Below, piece by piece: positions 9,533-18,669 of a stretch of DNA of 64,000 nt. Below the pieces are notes generated by a model. That model was not told the origin of the DNA, did no database searches, and saw nothing but the letters and a program-made list of their open reading frames with translations. Within the stretch, counting starts at the first letter, position 1; each line of letters begins with the position of its first letter. Made by a program: the position numbers and the translations under genes. Source of the stretch: Methanobacteriota archaeon (GTDB taxonomy: Archaea > Thermoplasmatota > Thermoplasmata > RBG-16-68-12); NCBI GenBank assembly GCA_005878485.1, contig VBMG01000046.1:18-64017 (forward strand), given 5' to 3'.

Positions 9533-10540
9533 GTGATCGTCTACGACCCGCGGTTCCTCGACCATGTGGCTTCGCCCCTTCACGTGGAGCGGCCGGAGCG
9601 CCTCGGGTCGATTGTCACCCGCCTCCAGCGTGAGGGTCTGTTCACGGAGGTCACGAAGGCGGTTCCCGCGAGCCTCGCGGACCTGGAACGGGTCCACCGG
9701 ACGCCCTACCTGAACCTCTTCCGAACCCTCGGGGAAGGGCTCTTGGACCCGGAGACCGCGGTCCATCCCTCGACGTTCGAAATTGCCTCGCTCGCGGCAG
9801 GAGCGGTCCTTCACGCGACGCGCATCGCCGTCCGAGACGGTCGGCCGACGGTTGCGCTCGTCCGGCCGCCGGGCCACCACGCGGGTCCGGACTACGGCGG
9901 GGGCTTTTGCTATCTGAACAACGTCGCCATCGCCGCCGCGGCGCAAGTCGCCGAGGGACAGCGGGTCGCCATCGTGGACTACGACGCCCACCACGGCAAC
10001 GGGACGCGGGACATCTTCGCGGATTCGACGAACGTGCTCTATCTCTCGACGCACGAGTACGGGATCTATCCGGGCACGGGCCCCGCGGAGGACGTCGGCG
10101 AAGCGGAGGGCCGCGGGTTCACGGTGAACATCCCGTTCCGGGCCGGCTGCGGGGACGCGTCGTACGCTGTCGCGTACGAGGCGATCGTCGAGCCGATCCT
10201 CAAGCAGTTCCGCCCCGATGTCCTGCTCGTGAGTCTCGGGGTCGACGCCCACTACCGGGACCCGCTCACGTCCCTCGTGCTCTCCTCGCCCGGATACGTG
10301 GACCTGCTCGGCCGAACCGCGGCGCTCGCCGCCCGGCTCTGCGGAAATCGGGTCGTGGTGGCCCTGGAGGGCGGGTATCACCTCGAGGCGCTCAGCGAAG
10401 TCCTCGCGGGTGTCGTCGGGCGCCTGCAGGGTCGGTCAATCGGATACACCTTGACGGACGTCCTCGATAGCGACGTCCACGGCCGAGGCGCCATCGAGGC
10501 GACGACGCGGGCTCACGGGGCGTTCTGGAACCTACGCTGA
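9533..10540 (+). CDS. histone deacetylase superfamily protein (HDAC / acetoin utilization AcuC-like)
   Basis: HHAGPDYGGGFCYLNNVAIAA, DYDAHHGNGT, STHEYGIYPGTG active-site motifs. GTG start. Confidence 0.85.
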   Translation: MIVYDPRFLDHVASPLHVERPERLGSIVTRLQREGLFTEVTKAVPASLADLERVHRTPYLNLFRTLGEGLLDPETAVHPSTFEIASLAAGAVLHATRIAVRDGRPTVALVRPPGHHAGPDYGGGFCYLNNVAIAAAAQVAEGQRVAIVDYDAHHGNGTRDIFADSTNVLYLSTHEYGIYPGTGPAEDVGEAEGRGFTVNIPFRAGCGDASYAVAYEAIVEPILKQFRPDVLLVSLGVDAHYRDPLTSLVLSSPGYVDLLGRTAALAARLCGNRVVVALEGGYHLEALSEVLAGVVGRLQGRSIGYTLTDVLDSDVHGRGAIEATTRAHGAFWNLR

Positions 10541-11680
10541 GTGGTGCCGCTTCCGCTCCGTGACCTTGCGCTCCTTCTCTTTCACGATGCGCTTGTACAA
10601 CGTCTCCAATAGGCCGGTCAGCGCCACGTGGAGATCCCAGTCGAAGTGGTGGGCGTAGTAGATCCGGTGGGCGGTTGTGAAGCGCGCGCGCAGAGAGTAC
10701 TTCCAACGGTCTCCCTCCGGCTTGTACTTCTGGAGATGGATGGCGAGCGTCCGCGGCTCCACGAGCGGCGCAATCCGCCGCATCTCCTTCTGGACGATGT
10801 CATAGATTTCGTCGTACGTGTCCTTCGGGTCGTCCTCGAGTCCGCCGATTTCGACGAACAGCTGCTGCCGCTCCCGGAGCCCGGCGAGGAACTGCATGAG
10901 GTCTTGGGTCGTGATGATCCCGACGGGTTCGTCGTTCTCCGTCACGATGATCGAGGAGATGTGATTCTTCGCCATCAGTTCCGCCGCGTGGTGGACGTCT
11001 GCGTCGGGGCCGACGGTATAGGGCGGGTAACGCATGACGCCTTTCACCTCGAGGCCGACCTTCTCCTCGCGGCCGGCGCGTTCGCCGTAATGCTCGCGGA
11101 CCTTCGGCCGCGCGAACAGTTCGACGACGTCCTTCAGCCCGACCACGCCTTTCAGATGGCGATTCTTGTCCACGACCGGCACGGACCGTTCGCCGAGGGA
11201 TCGCATGATCTGCACGGCATGCTCGACCGTGTCGTCCTCCGCGACGCATTGGGGATTCGGCGTCATGAATTCCCGCACCGCGACGCCCTCGACCGCCCGT
11301 GTATCGACGAGGGCTCGGACGATGTCGCTCCGGGATACGATCCCGATGAGCGACTTCCCCTTCACCACAGGGACCGCCCGGAATCCGGCGGAGATCATCT
11401 TCTCGGCGGCCTCGGGAAGGGCCGTGTCCGGGGTGATTTCCGGCGCGATCTCGAGCACGTTCGAGACCTTCGTGGTCGGCGGCAGGTTCCGTCGGCGCAT
11501 GAGTTCCCGCATCGTGACGACGCCGGCGAGTTTCTTCCGCTCCAGGACGGGCAATTCGTGGACGTCGTTCGATTTCATCTTGCCGAGGACGTCGCCGAGC
11601 GTGTCGTCCGGAGTCGCGGTGACGAGGTCCGTGGACATGTAAGCGGAGACCGGCAGGTCCTGGACCCTGTTCCGCTTCAT
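10532..11680 (-). CDS. CBS-domain protein (four CBS repeats plus C-terminal alpha/beta domain)
   Basis: Repeated CBS signatures (HELPVLERKK.LAGVVT, GFRAVPVVKGKSLIGIVSRSDI, etc.). Confidence 0.8.
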   Translation of the reverse strand: MKRNRVQDLPVSAYMSTDLVTATPDDTLGDVLGKMKSNDVHELPVLERKKLAGVVTMRELMRRRNLPPTTKVSNVLEIAPEITPDTALPEAAEKMISAGFRAVPVVKGKSLIGIVSRSDIVRALVDTRAVEGVAVREFMTPNPQCVAEDDTVEHAVQIMRSLGERSVPVVDKNRHLKGVVGLKDVVELFARPKVREHYGERAGREEKVGLEVKGVMRYPPYTVGPDADVHHAAELMAKNHISSIIVTENDEPVGIITTQDLMQFLAGLRERQQLFVEIGGLEDDPKDTYDEIYDIVQKEMRRIAPLVEPRTLAIHLQKYKPEGDRWKYSLRARFTTAHRIYYAHHFDWDLHVALTGLLETLYKRIVKEKERKVTERKRHHSA

Positions 11681-11760
11681 GGAGAACCCGCTTGGGGAGG
11701 ATGCGATAGCGGGCCTGCGTATAATAAAGTTCTTTCATGACCCATTGATTTCGTCTGGCA

Positions 11761-12036
11761 ATGAGAGCCCGCGCGGTCGTCGTCTTCCGGGGGCGCGTTC
11801 AAGGCGTCTACTTCCGGGCGAACTGTGCGGACAAAGCGGAAGAACTCGGGCTCGACGGATACGTCCGCAACATGCACGACGGCACCGTCGAGGCGGTGTT
11901 CGAAGGAGACAAGTCGCTCATCGAAACGTGCATCGATTGGAACCGCAAGTCGCAACCGTACGCGCGCGTCGAGGCGGTCGAGGTCAATTGGTCGGAACCG
12001 CGGGGCGACGTTCGCGGATTCCAAGTTCAGCACTGA
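11761..12036 (+). CDS. acyP: acylphosphatase
   Basis: VVFRGRVQGVYFRANCADKAEELGLDGYVRNMHDGTVEAVFEG is the acylphosphatase signature. TATA-like tataataaa about 35 nt upstream. Confidence 0.85.
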   Translation: MRARAVVVFRGRVQGVYFRANCADKAEELGLDGYVRNMHDGTVEAVFEGDKSLIETCIDWNRKSQPYARVEAVEVNWSEPRGDVRGFQVQH

Positions 12037-12050
12037 TCGTCCTCGAGTGG

Positions 12051-12896
12051 CTACCGCAACTCAATTCGATACGTCGTCTCCGGCAGCTCATGGTGAATCG
12101 TCCACACGGCAGCCTCGGTCAGGAGGCCTTTGTCGATCCACGCCCGGGTCTTCTTCGGGACGGTCGCCGGCCCCAACACCGCGCCCGGTCGCTTCGGATC
12201 GTCGATGTAATCGGTCTCCAAGAGGAAACGGGGTTGGCCCTTGAGCGCCTCCACGACGAGGTCTTCTTTTGCGAGAATCGAAGGAACGAGCCCGTGCGTG
12301 TCCTCCGTCCGAGTCAGCGGTGTCGAATGGTGCTTGACGACCCGCTTCGGATCGAGCCGCGCATTCGCCGCAATCCGGGCAAGTCCCGCAAACGTCTCGC
12401 GTGTGGGGTCTTCGGTGTGCAAGACGACGGCGCAATCAAGCTCTTTCGCACGGGCCATGGCATATCCGAGGAGTTCGTTGCACGCCGCCATGATTTCGGC
12501 GTCGACGGGAAAGTGGGGCCGTCCGATCTCACCGAAGGCAACCGCCCTCTCCTCCGCGATGTGGGCGGCCGCGAGGTCAATCCCCTTCCGCATCGCGTCC
12601 ATCGCTGGGGCGGGTCCGAGGCTCTCCCGAAGATGGAGATAGTCCACCGGGTACGGTCCAAGGGCCACGAACACCTGGATGGCGGTCGCGCCGCGGACGG
12701 CATCGGCCATTCGGAGCGTCTTCTGGTACGCGGGTCCATAATCTTCGCCGCGGTGAATCGGGATGTGGTCATCGGGAGCGTGCGTCAAGAGGAACGCCGT
12801 CCCGCCGGCTTTCTCGAACGCCTTCGCCGCCAGGACCCCCTGAAACTCCGGTCGCAGGTGGATGTGGTTGTCAAAGATTGGGAACCGCGCGGCCAT
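12051..12896 (-). CDS. TatD-family / TIM-barrel metal-dependent hydrolase
   Basis: N-terminal FDNHIHL metal-binding motif; HTEDP, HHS motifs downstream. Start set at MAARFPIFDNHIH; the upstream 32 codons of the ORF are Arg/Pro-rich. Confidence 0.6.
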   Translation of the reverse strand: MAARFPIFDNHIHLRPEFQGVLAAKAFEKAGGTAFLLTHAPDDHIPIHRGEDYGPAYQKTLRMADAVRGATAIQVFVALGPYPVDYLHLRESLGPAPAMDAMRKGIDLAAAHIAEERAVAFGEIGRPHFPVDAEIMAACNELLGYAMARAKELDCAVVLHTEDPTRETFAGLARIAANARLDPKRVVKHHSTPLTRTEDTHGLVPSILAKEDLVVEALKGQPRFLLETDYIDDPKRPGAVLGPATVPKKTRAWIDKGLLTEAAVWTIHHELPETTYRIELR

Positions 12897-12966
12897 TTGA
12901 CCCTTTTCTCGAAACCGAACCCCGGGAGTCGGATAAGGTCTTCGCGCCCCTCGCGCGCGTCGCGGC

Positions 12967-13410
12967 TTAGGTTGACGAAGACTCTTCGGCACGTGCGCGG
13001 AGGGCTCGGTTCATCTCCTCGAATCCTCGCCGCGTGTCGCGGTCGAGGCTTCGACGGAGGAGGGGGACGAGCAGGCCGTGGAACTCTTCCCGCTGCACGA
13101 GCCGGACCCGATTGTTGCCCGCGGGCGTGATCTCGAAGATGTGTTCGCCATCGAAGAGCCCCGGGAGGCCCAGATGCCCGAGCCATCGGAGTTCGCGGTT
13201 GGGCTCGACCCTTTTCACGGTCGGTCGGAACGTCATCCCTCTCGTGCCGGACGCTTGGAGGAGGACCTCGAGCCGGGAGCCGACTCGTAACTCGCCTCGG
13301 ATTCGTGGGATGAACGGATTCCATTCTGGGAATGCCGCGAAATCCGTGAGGTGCCGCCACACCCGCTCGGCCGGCGCGTGGATCTCGATCTCCGTCCGAA
13401 GTTCCTTCAT
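12967..13410 (-). CDS. SRPBCC (START/Bet v1-like) domain protein
   Basis: MKELRTEIEIHAPAERVWRHLTDFAAFPEWNPF resembles polyketide cyclase/dehydrase-type SRPBCC proteins. Internal ATG chosen as start. Confidence 0.6.
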   Translation of the reverse strand: MKELRTEIEIHAPAERVWRHLTDFAAFPEWNPFIPRIRGELRVGSRLEVLLQASGTRGMTFRPTVKRVEPNRELRWLGHLGLPGLFDGEHIFEITPAGNNRVRLVQREEFHGLLVPLLRRSLDRDTRRGFEEMNRALRARAEESSST

Positions 13411-13433
13411 AGAATCCTCGGGCGGCCGTGCGC

Positions 13434-13982
13434 CTAACGCAACAGGCCGGCGGCCTTCAGTTCCTGCGTGATCTTCTCGACGGCTTCCTCGACGTCCTGC
13501 GGTTTGCGGGCGCCGGTGCATACGAGCTTGCCGCTGCCGAACAGGAGGACGACCACCTTCGGTACGTCGATCCGATACACGAGACCGGGGAATTGCTCTG
13601 GCTCATACTCCACCTTCTCGAGGCCGAGCGAGATCGCGATGGCGTTCAGGTTGATTTCCGTTCCGAGGTCCGAGGAGGCGACGATGTTCTGGACCTCGAT
13701 TACAGGATTCTTTTTGATCGGGATGCCTGCGGCCTCAATCTGCTTCGCGACCATGTCGATCGCGGTCTTGACGTGCTCGAGGCTCTTCGCCCCCGTGCAG
13801 ACGACCTTCCCGCTTCGGAAGAGGAGGGTCGCGGTCTTCGGCTCCTTGAGGCGGTAGATGAGGCCCGGGAACTGCTCCGGCTCGTACTCCGCGCCGCCGA
13901 GGGCAAGCGCGATCGCCTGGAGGTCCAGCTCCTCCCCCAAGGACGTCGAGGCGACCACGTTCTCGATTTTGATTTTGGCCAA
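13434..13982 (-). CDS. tbp: TATA-box binding protein
   Basis: Two TBP repeats ([29 protein letters not shown] and [29 protein letters not shown]). TTG start preceded by GGAGGTG. Confidence 0.95.
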   Translation of the reverse strand: MAKIKIENVVASTSLGEELDLQAIALALGGAEYEPEQFPGLIYRLKEPKTATLLFRSGKVVCTGAKSLEHVKTAIDMVAKQIEAAGIPIKKNPVIEVQNIVASSDLGTEINLNAIAISLGLEKVEYEPEQFPGLVYRIDVPKVVVLLFGSGKLVCTGARKPQDVEEAVEKITQELKAAGLLR

Positions 13983-14067
13983 AGGTACACCTCCGATCCT
14001 CAGCGGGCCGGAGGGGCTCCGCAGAGGCCGTCAGTGGGTGGGAGATTTAAAAGGCTCTTTATAAGCT

Positions 14068-14994
14068 TTAGTCGGCCTGGTTCGCGTCTGTGCCCCCGTG
14101 AACGGCTCCTTCGCGCGCTCGCACGAGGGCGAACAGCATCCGGTTCAGCGGCACCGGAATCAGGTGCCGGTCCGCGGCCCGAACGATGGCGCCGGTTATG
14201 GCCTCGATCTCGGTACGCCGGCGTCGCTCGAGGTCCTGCAACATGCTCGCGCGGTTCGCGGCGGTCCGCTTCGCGATGAGGACCGTCCGCTTGTACAACT
14301 CGTCCGAATCGACGCGGGCGCCTTCGGCCTTGGCAACCGCCGCGGCTTCCCGACACACGTCGCCGAGGACTTCCTGAAGCCGACGGTCGCGGACCAAACG
14401 GCCGTTCGGAACCCCGGCGAGTGCGGCGATGGGATTGATCGACGCGTTCACGACGAGCTTCGACCACAGCTCCGACCGGATGTCGCTGGTGACCCGCGCC
14501 GCAATCCCGACGTCCGCGAAGATATCTCGCAATCGAACGAGATCCGCTTCGTGGACGCGAGCCCATCCGCCCAGGACCGTCTCACCGACGCCCGCGTGCC
14601 GCACCTCGCCCGGGCCTTCGAACGTGACACCGTGAGCCGTCGTGCCCGCGACGACGCGCCGTGCCGTCTTCGCAATCGTCTCTGCGTTGCCGAGGCCGTT
14701 CTGGAGCGTGAGAAAAATCGCGCGATCCGCGAACGGGCGCACCGCGAGCATTGCGTTCGCGGTGTCGTACGCTTTTGTCGTGACGAGCACAAGCTCGGGT
14801 TTTGCGTTCTGCGGAATCCGCGTCGCCGCCCGGGGTTTCGCAATCAATGCCGTCTTCCCGGAGATTCGCAGCCCATGGGAGCGGATCGCCGCCACATGCT
14901 CCGTCCTTCCGATCAGAACCACATCGTGACGACGGGAGAGAACACCTCCGAAGAAACTGCCGATCGCGCCGGCTCCGAGGACGAGGATCTCCAC
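14068..14994 (-). CDS. panE: 2-dehydropantoate 2-reductase (ketopantoate reductase, ApbA/PanE family)
   Basis: N-terminal Rossmann MEILVLGAGAIGSFFGG, ApbA C-terminal domain. GTG start. Confidence 0.8.
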   Translation of the reverse strand: MEILVLGAGAIGSFFGGVLSRRHDVVLIGRTEHVAAIRSHGLRISGKTALIAKPRAATRIPQNAKPELVLVTTKAYDTANAMLAVRPFADRAIFLTLQNGLGNAETIAKTARRVVAGTTAHGVTFEGPGEVRHAGVGETVLGGWARVHEADLVRLRDIFADVGIAARVTSDIRSELWSKLVVNASINPIAALAGVPNGRLVRDRRLQEVLGDVCREAAAVAKAEGARVDSDELYKRTVLIAKRTAANRASMLQDLERRRRTEIEAITGAIVRAADRHLIPVPLNRMLFALVRAREGAVHGGTDANQAD

Positions 14995-15141
14995 GATTGG
15001 AGGATGTGTCCGCGCGGCAAAAACGGTTTCGATGGGCGTTTGACATTCTCGCGTTCTTATAAAATTCCGAGAATGCGCGATTTTTCTCGCTTCGCTACTT
15101 TTAAGTGCCCATCATCCATTACAGAAAATAGGGAGGAAACA

Positions 15142-15180
15142 AGTGGCCAAGAAAAAGAAGGGCAAGAAAAAGAAGAGATA
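15142..15180 (+). CDS. oligo-lysine micro-ORF (VAKKKKGKKKKR, 12 codons) with a perfect Shine-Dalgarno; function unknown
   Basis: GGGAGG, 6-nt spacer, GTG GCC AAG AAA AAG AAG GGC AAG AAA AAG AAG AGA TAG in an AT-rich intergenic island with TATA-like ttataaaa at 15055-15062. Not in the ORF track (too short). Confidence 0.2.
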
Positions 15181-15225
15181 GGCGCTTGCCCGGCCAACCC
15201 TGGCGGTGACTCGCCCTCTCGGGAC

Positions 15226-16173
15226 TCACCGCGCTGCACCCTTTTCCCGTTTTTCATTCCTCTTCATTTCTCGACAGACTCGATCTGCGAGTTGCAAGGC
15301 TTCGGGATACCCGTGTCGCGTCGAACTGCGGACGATTTCTAGGGAGCGATTCAGAGAAATCCGGTTGCCGACCGAGACGAAGATCGGACGCGCACGGCCC
15401 GGTGGGATCCACGCGTATCCTTGCACGCGGCCGCGGAATTCGATCGGAAGTGCCGGCTCCGAGCCGCGTCGTTTCGTCTGAACCCTCCCGACCAGCGGAT
15501 GCTTCGCCACGCCGATCGTCGGGAGGCTGAGGCGGACCCCGACGTAGCACGCGACGCCGAACAAGGCCGGATGGAGTCGCCCATGGCCGTCCACCAGGAG
15601 CACGTCAGGTTGATGCGTCAGCCGATGGACGGTAGTTTCGATTCCCGGAGATTCGCGGTAGGCCAGGTACGTCGGGATGTACGGGAAGGTCGTCTCGTAC
15701 CGGACCGTGACGATCTCGACTGGCGTGAGGTCGTCCGCGTCGAGGCAAACCGCTGCGACGTACATCGAGTCGCCATCATACGCCGCATCAACGCCCCCGA
15801 TTCGATTGATGTCCCCCAGCGAATCTCGCTCGGTCACTTGGGCGCTCAAGTGATTCTGGTCGTCCCGAAGCGCCGCGAGGAATTTCGTGGGTCTCAGCGC
15901 GCCGACGATTCGTTCGGTCGGGACTCGGCCATGAACCGCACGAATCCTTTCCCCTTCCAGGAGCTGAGTTGCGCCGTGAAGGACCGGCCGGCCGTCCGCG
16001 CGGACGACGCGGTGGGCGCCGGGAAGGTCGGGATGATCCACGAGCCACGTTGCGACGGCCCGAGCCGCTCGGACATCGCCCAGCGCCCGCGCAATCGCGC
16101 CGCAGGTTGCGACCCGGCCGGGTCCCACTTGGTCAAGGCAGGTCGCAAGGGCATGCCCGAAGTCCACGTCCAC
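15226..16173 (-). CDS. nfi: endonuclease V with an N-terminal alkyltransferase-like (MGMT C-terminal-like, Cys replaced) DNA-binding domain
   Basis: C-terminal two-thirds carry EndoV motifs (IGGVDAAY, LLVDGHGRLHPALFGVACYVGV, PTIGVAKHPL). N-terminal ~90 aa resemble the MGMT helix-turn-helix (VATCGAIARALG...AARAV) but carry PGAHRVV in place of the PCHRV active site. Confidence 0.8.
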   Translation of the reverse strand: MDVDFGHALATCLDQVGPGRVATCGAIARALGDVRAARAVATWLVDHPDLPGAHRVVRADGRPVLHGATQLLEGERIRAVHGRVPTERIVGALRPTKFLAALRDDQNHLSAQVTERDSLGDINRIGGVDAAYDGDSMYVAAVCLDADDLTPVEIVTVRYETTFPYIPTYLAYRESPGIETTVHRLTHQPDVLLVDGHGRLHPALFGVACYVGVRLSLPTIGVAKHPLVGRVQTKRRGSEPALPIEFRGRVQGYAWIPPGRARPIFVSVGNRISLNRSLEIVRSSTRHGYPEALQLADRVCREMKRNEKREKGAAR

Positions 16174-16310
16174 GGCTCCCGTATCAACTCAATCCCGCAT
16201 TACGTTTCCATTTTGGGCGTCTTGGACGGGCGATCCGGCCCTCCAGAACTCCCGTCCGGGTCGTTCCGCGAAAACCCTTTCTACGGGCGGGCCCATCGAA
16301 GGCGTCTCGA

Positions 16311-17597
16311 ATGTCGCTCCTCCTCCGCGGTGGGCTCATCGTCACGCAGGATCCGCAGCGGCGCCTCCTCGCCGGCGATGTGTTCGTCGAAGGTGGCCGG
16401 ATCACGGCAATCGGTTCCGTGGATCGCGAGGGGGACGAGGTCATCGATTGTGCGGGTTCCGCGGTCCTGCCGGGTTTCATCAACCTCCATCATCACGTCG
16501 CGAACACGCTCCTGCGCGGGGTCGCGGACGACCGGCCCCTGGAAGAGATGCTCCCGAAGGCGTCCGCAATCGACGCGAAACTCACGCGCCGCGACGTCCA
16601 GATCGGCGCGCTCCTCGGATGCGTCGAGATGGTTCGCTCCGGCACGACGAGCTTTCACGATCTCTTCTATTGGGAGGACGAAGTCGCCCGGGCCGTTCGG
16701 GAGTCCGGGATGCGCGGCTTCCTATCCTGGGTCACCTTGGACGATGCGTTCACGACGCAGCACGGGAGCCCGTTGAAGAACGCGGAGGTGTTCGTCGCCA
16801 AGCAGAAAGACGATCCCCTCGTCACGCCGTCCCTCGGCGTCCAAGGCGTGTACGTGGCGTCGGAGGAGACGTACGCAAGGGCACGGGAGATTGGGGATCG
16901 CCACGACGTTCGACTCCACACACACCTCTCGGAGACCCGCGCCGAGGTCGAGGGCCATCGAAACAAGACCGGCCTCCGACCCGTCGAGTGGCTCGAGAAG
17001 ATCGGCTTCCTAACCGATCGGGTCACCGCGGCCCATTGCGTGTGGGTGACGATGAACGAGGTGCGGATCCTCGCCCGGCACGGCGTGAGCGTCGCCCACT
17101 GCCCCGTGTCGAACATGAAGCTCGCGAGTGGCGGGGTCGCCCCGGTGCCGGAGATGATGCGAGAAGGCGTCCTTGTCGGTCTCGGGACCGACTCGCCGCT
17201 GTCGAACAACGGGATGGACGTCTTCGCCGACATGAAGGTCGCCGCCCTCCTGCACAAAGCGACGCGCTGGGATCCGCGCGTGATGTCCGCGCAAACGGTC
17301 CTCGACCTCGCGACGATCCACGCCGCCCGAGCGTTGCACGCGGATCGCGAGATCGGTTCGATCGAGGTCGGCAAGCGCGCCGATCTCGCCGTCGTCTCCT
17401 TGAAAGGCGTCCACACGACTCCTTTTTATCCGGAGACCGTCATCAGCCGCCTCGTCTACAGCTGCCGGGGGAGCGATGTCCGAGCGACGATCGTCGATGG
17501 CCAGATCCTCATGGCGGATGGCGTCGTGCGGACGGTCGACGAGGCGGATGTCGTCGCACGGGCCCAGGAGACGGCCCACGAACTGTTTGAGGCGTGA
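16311..17597 (+). CDS. amidohydrolase, chlorohydrolase/nucleoside-deaminase family (MtaD/SAH deaminase-like)
   Basis: HHH metal motif (INLHHHVANT), HTHLSE, GLGTDSP, AHC. Start set at MSLLLRGGLIV; the upstream ORF extension is Arg/Pro-rich. Confidence 0.75.
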   Translation: MSLLLRGGLIVTQDPQRRLLAGDVFVEGGRITAIGSVDREGDEVIDCAGSAVLPGFINLHHHVANTLLRGVADDRPLEEMLPKASAIDAKLTRRDVQIGALLGCVEMVRSGTTSFHDLFYWEDEVARAVRESGMRGFLSWVTLDDAFTTQHGSPLKNAEVFVAKQKDDPLVTPSLGVQGVYVASEETYARAREIGDRHDVRLHTHLSETRAEVEGHRNKTGLRPVEWLEKIGFLTDRVTAAHCVWVTMNEVRILARHGVSVAHCPVSNMKLASGGVAPVPEMMREGVLVGLGTDSPLSNNGMDVFADMKVAALLHKATRWDPRVMSAQTVLDLATIHAARALHADREIGSIEVGKRADLAVVSLKGVHTTPFYPETVISRLVYSCRGSDVRATIVDGQILMADGVVRTVDEADVVARAQETAHELFEA

Positions 17598-17600
17598 GCC

Positions 17601-18257
17601 GTGATCGTGGGCGTCGACGAGGCGGGGCGAGGTCCCGTCCTCGGGCCTCTCGTCGTGGCCGGCGTCGCGGTCGAGACCGACGTGGCGTTGCGGCAGATGA
17701 ACGTGCGCGACTCGAAGAAACTCTCCCCGGAGCGCCGGGAGGCGCTGGCGCCGGAGATCGAGAGGGTGGCGCGGTACGAACTCGTCGTGGTCCCCGCCGA
17801 ACGGATTGACGCGATGCGCGCGGAGATGTCCCTGAACGACTTCGAGGCAAAGCTGTTCGCGGAACTCATCCAGCGTCTGCGCCCGGAGACCGCGTACGTC
17901 GACGCGGCCGACGTCGACGAGATTGAGTTCAAACGGTGCGTCCAGCGGGAGCTGTCGTTCGCTGTGGAGATCATCTCGCAGCACAACGCGGACGAGCTCT
18001 TCCCCGTCGTCAGCGCGGCGTCGATCCTCGCAAAGGTCCGCCGCGACCGAGAAATGCGAGCCATCGAAGAGGAGTTCGGCGTGCCGATCGGTTCCGGCTA
18101 CTCGCACGACGTGCAGACGATCGCCTTCCTGGAAAAGTGGATTAGGGAGACGGGGACTCTGCCGCGACACACGCGCACGTCGTGGGACACCGCCCGGCGG
18201 CTGCTCGCGGAGTCCCGCAGTCGGAAGCTTGAGGAGTTCGGGGAGGGAAAGTCATGA
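17601..18257 (+). CDS. rnhB: ribonuclease HII
   Basis: GVDEAGRGPVLGPLVVAGV catalytic motif, SIxAK (SAASILAKVRRD). GTG start, 4-nt gap after the previous gene. Confidence 0.9.
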   Translation: MIVGVDEAGRGPVLGPLVVAGVAVETDVALRQMNVRDSKKLSPERREALAPEIERVARYELVVVPAERIDAMRAEMSLNDFEAKLFAELIQRLRPETAYVDAADVDEIEFKRCVQRELSFAVEIISQHNADELFPVVSAASILAKVRRDREMRAIEEEFGVPIGSGYSHDVQTIAFLEKWIRETGTLPRHTRTSWDTARRLLAESRSRKLEEFGEGKS

Positions 18258-18583
18258 GGGAGATGCTCGAGGACCTGATCCGCAAGTTCAATGCGAAGGT
18301 GGCGTCCGATCCGGCGCTGCGCGCCGAAGTGGGTGACCTCCGCAAGACGGTCTTGATCGACTTGAAGGACGGCACGATGTACCACTTCACCCTCGCCGAT
18401 CAGAAAGTCGCGGGCCTCCTCGACGGCGGCGCGGACCACGCGGACATCACGATCTCGACGGACGCGGACACGCTCCGTGCTCTCATCCTGCGTGAGATCG
18501 GACCGTTCAAGGCGTACGCGACGGGGAAGATCAAGTTCAAAGGGAGCCTCGAAGACCTCGCGCGATTCCGCAAGTTCTTCTGA
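18254..18583 (+). CDS. SCP2 (sterol carrier protein-2-like) domain protein
   Basis: SCP2 pattern ...KTVLIDLKDGTMYHFTL...GKIKFKGSLEDLARFRKFF. ATGA overlap with rnhB. Confidence 0.75.
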   Translation: MREMLEDLIRKFNAKVASDPALRAEVGDLRKTVLIDLKDGTMYHFTLADQKVAGLLDGGADHADITISTDADTLRALILREIGPFKAYATGKIKFKGSLEDLARFRKFF

Positions 18584-18669
18584 GTGCCCCCCCGCGATAG
18601 GTTTATCCGACTCCGTCCAATCCGGACGCTCGACCGCCGTCGCGGGCCTGCGGCTCGATGCTTTCGGGT

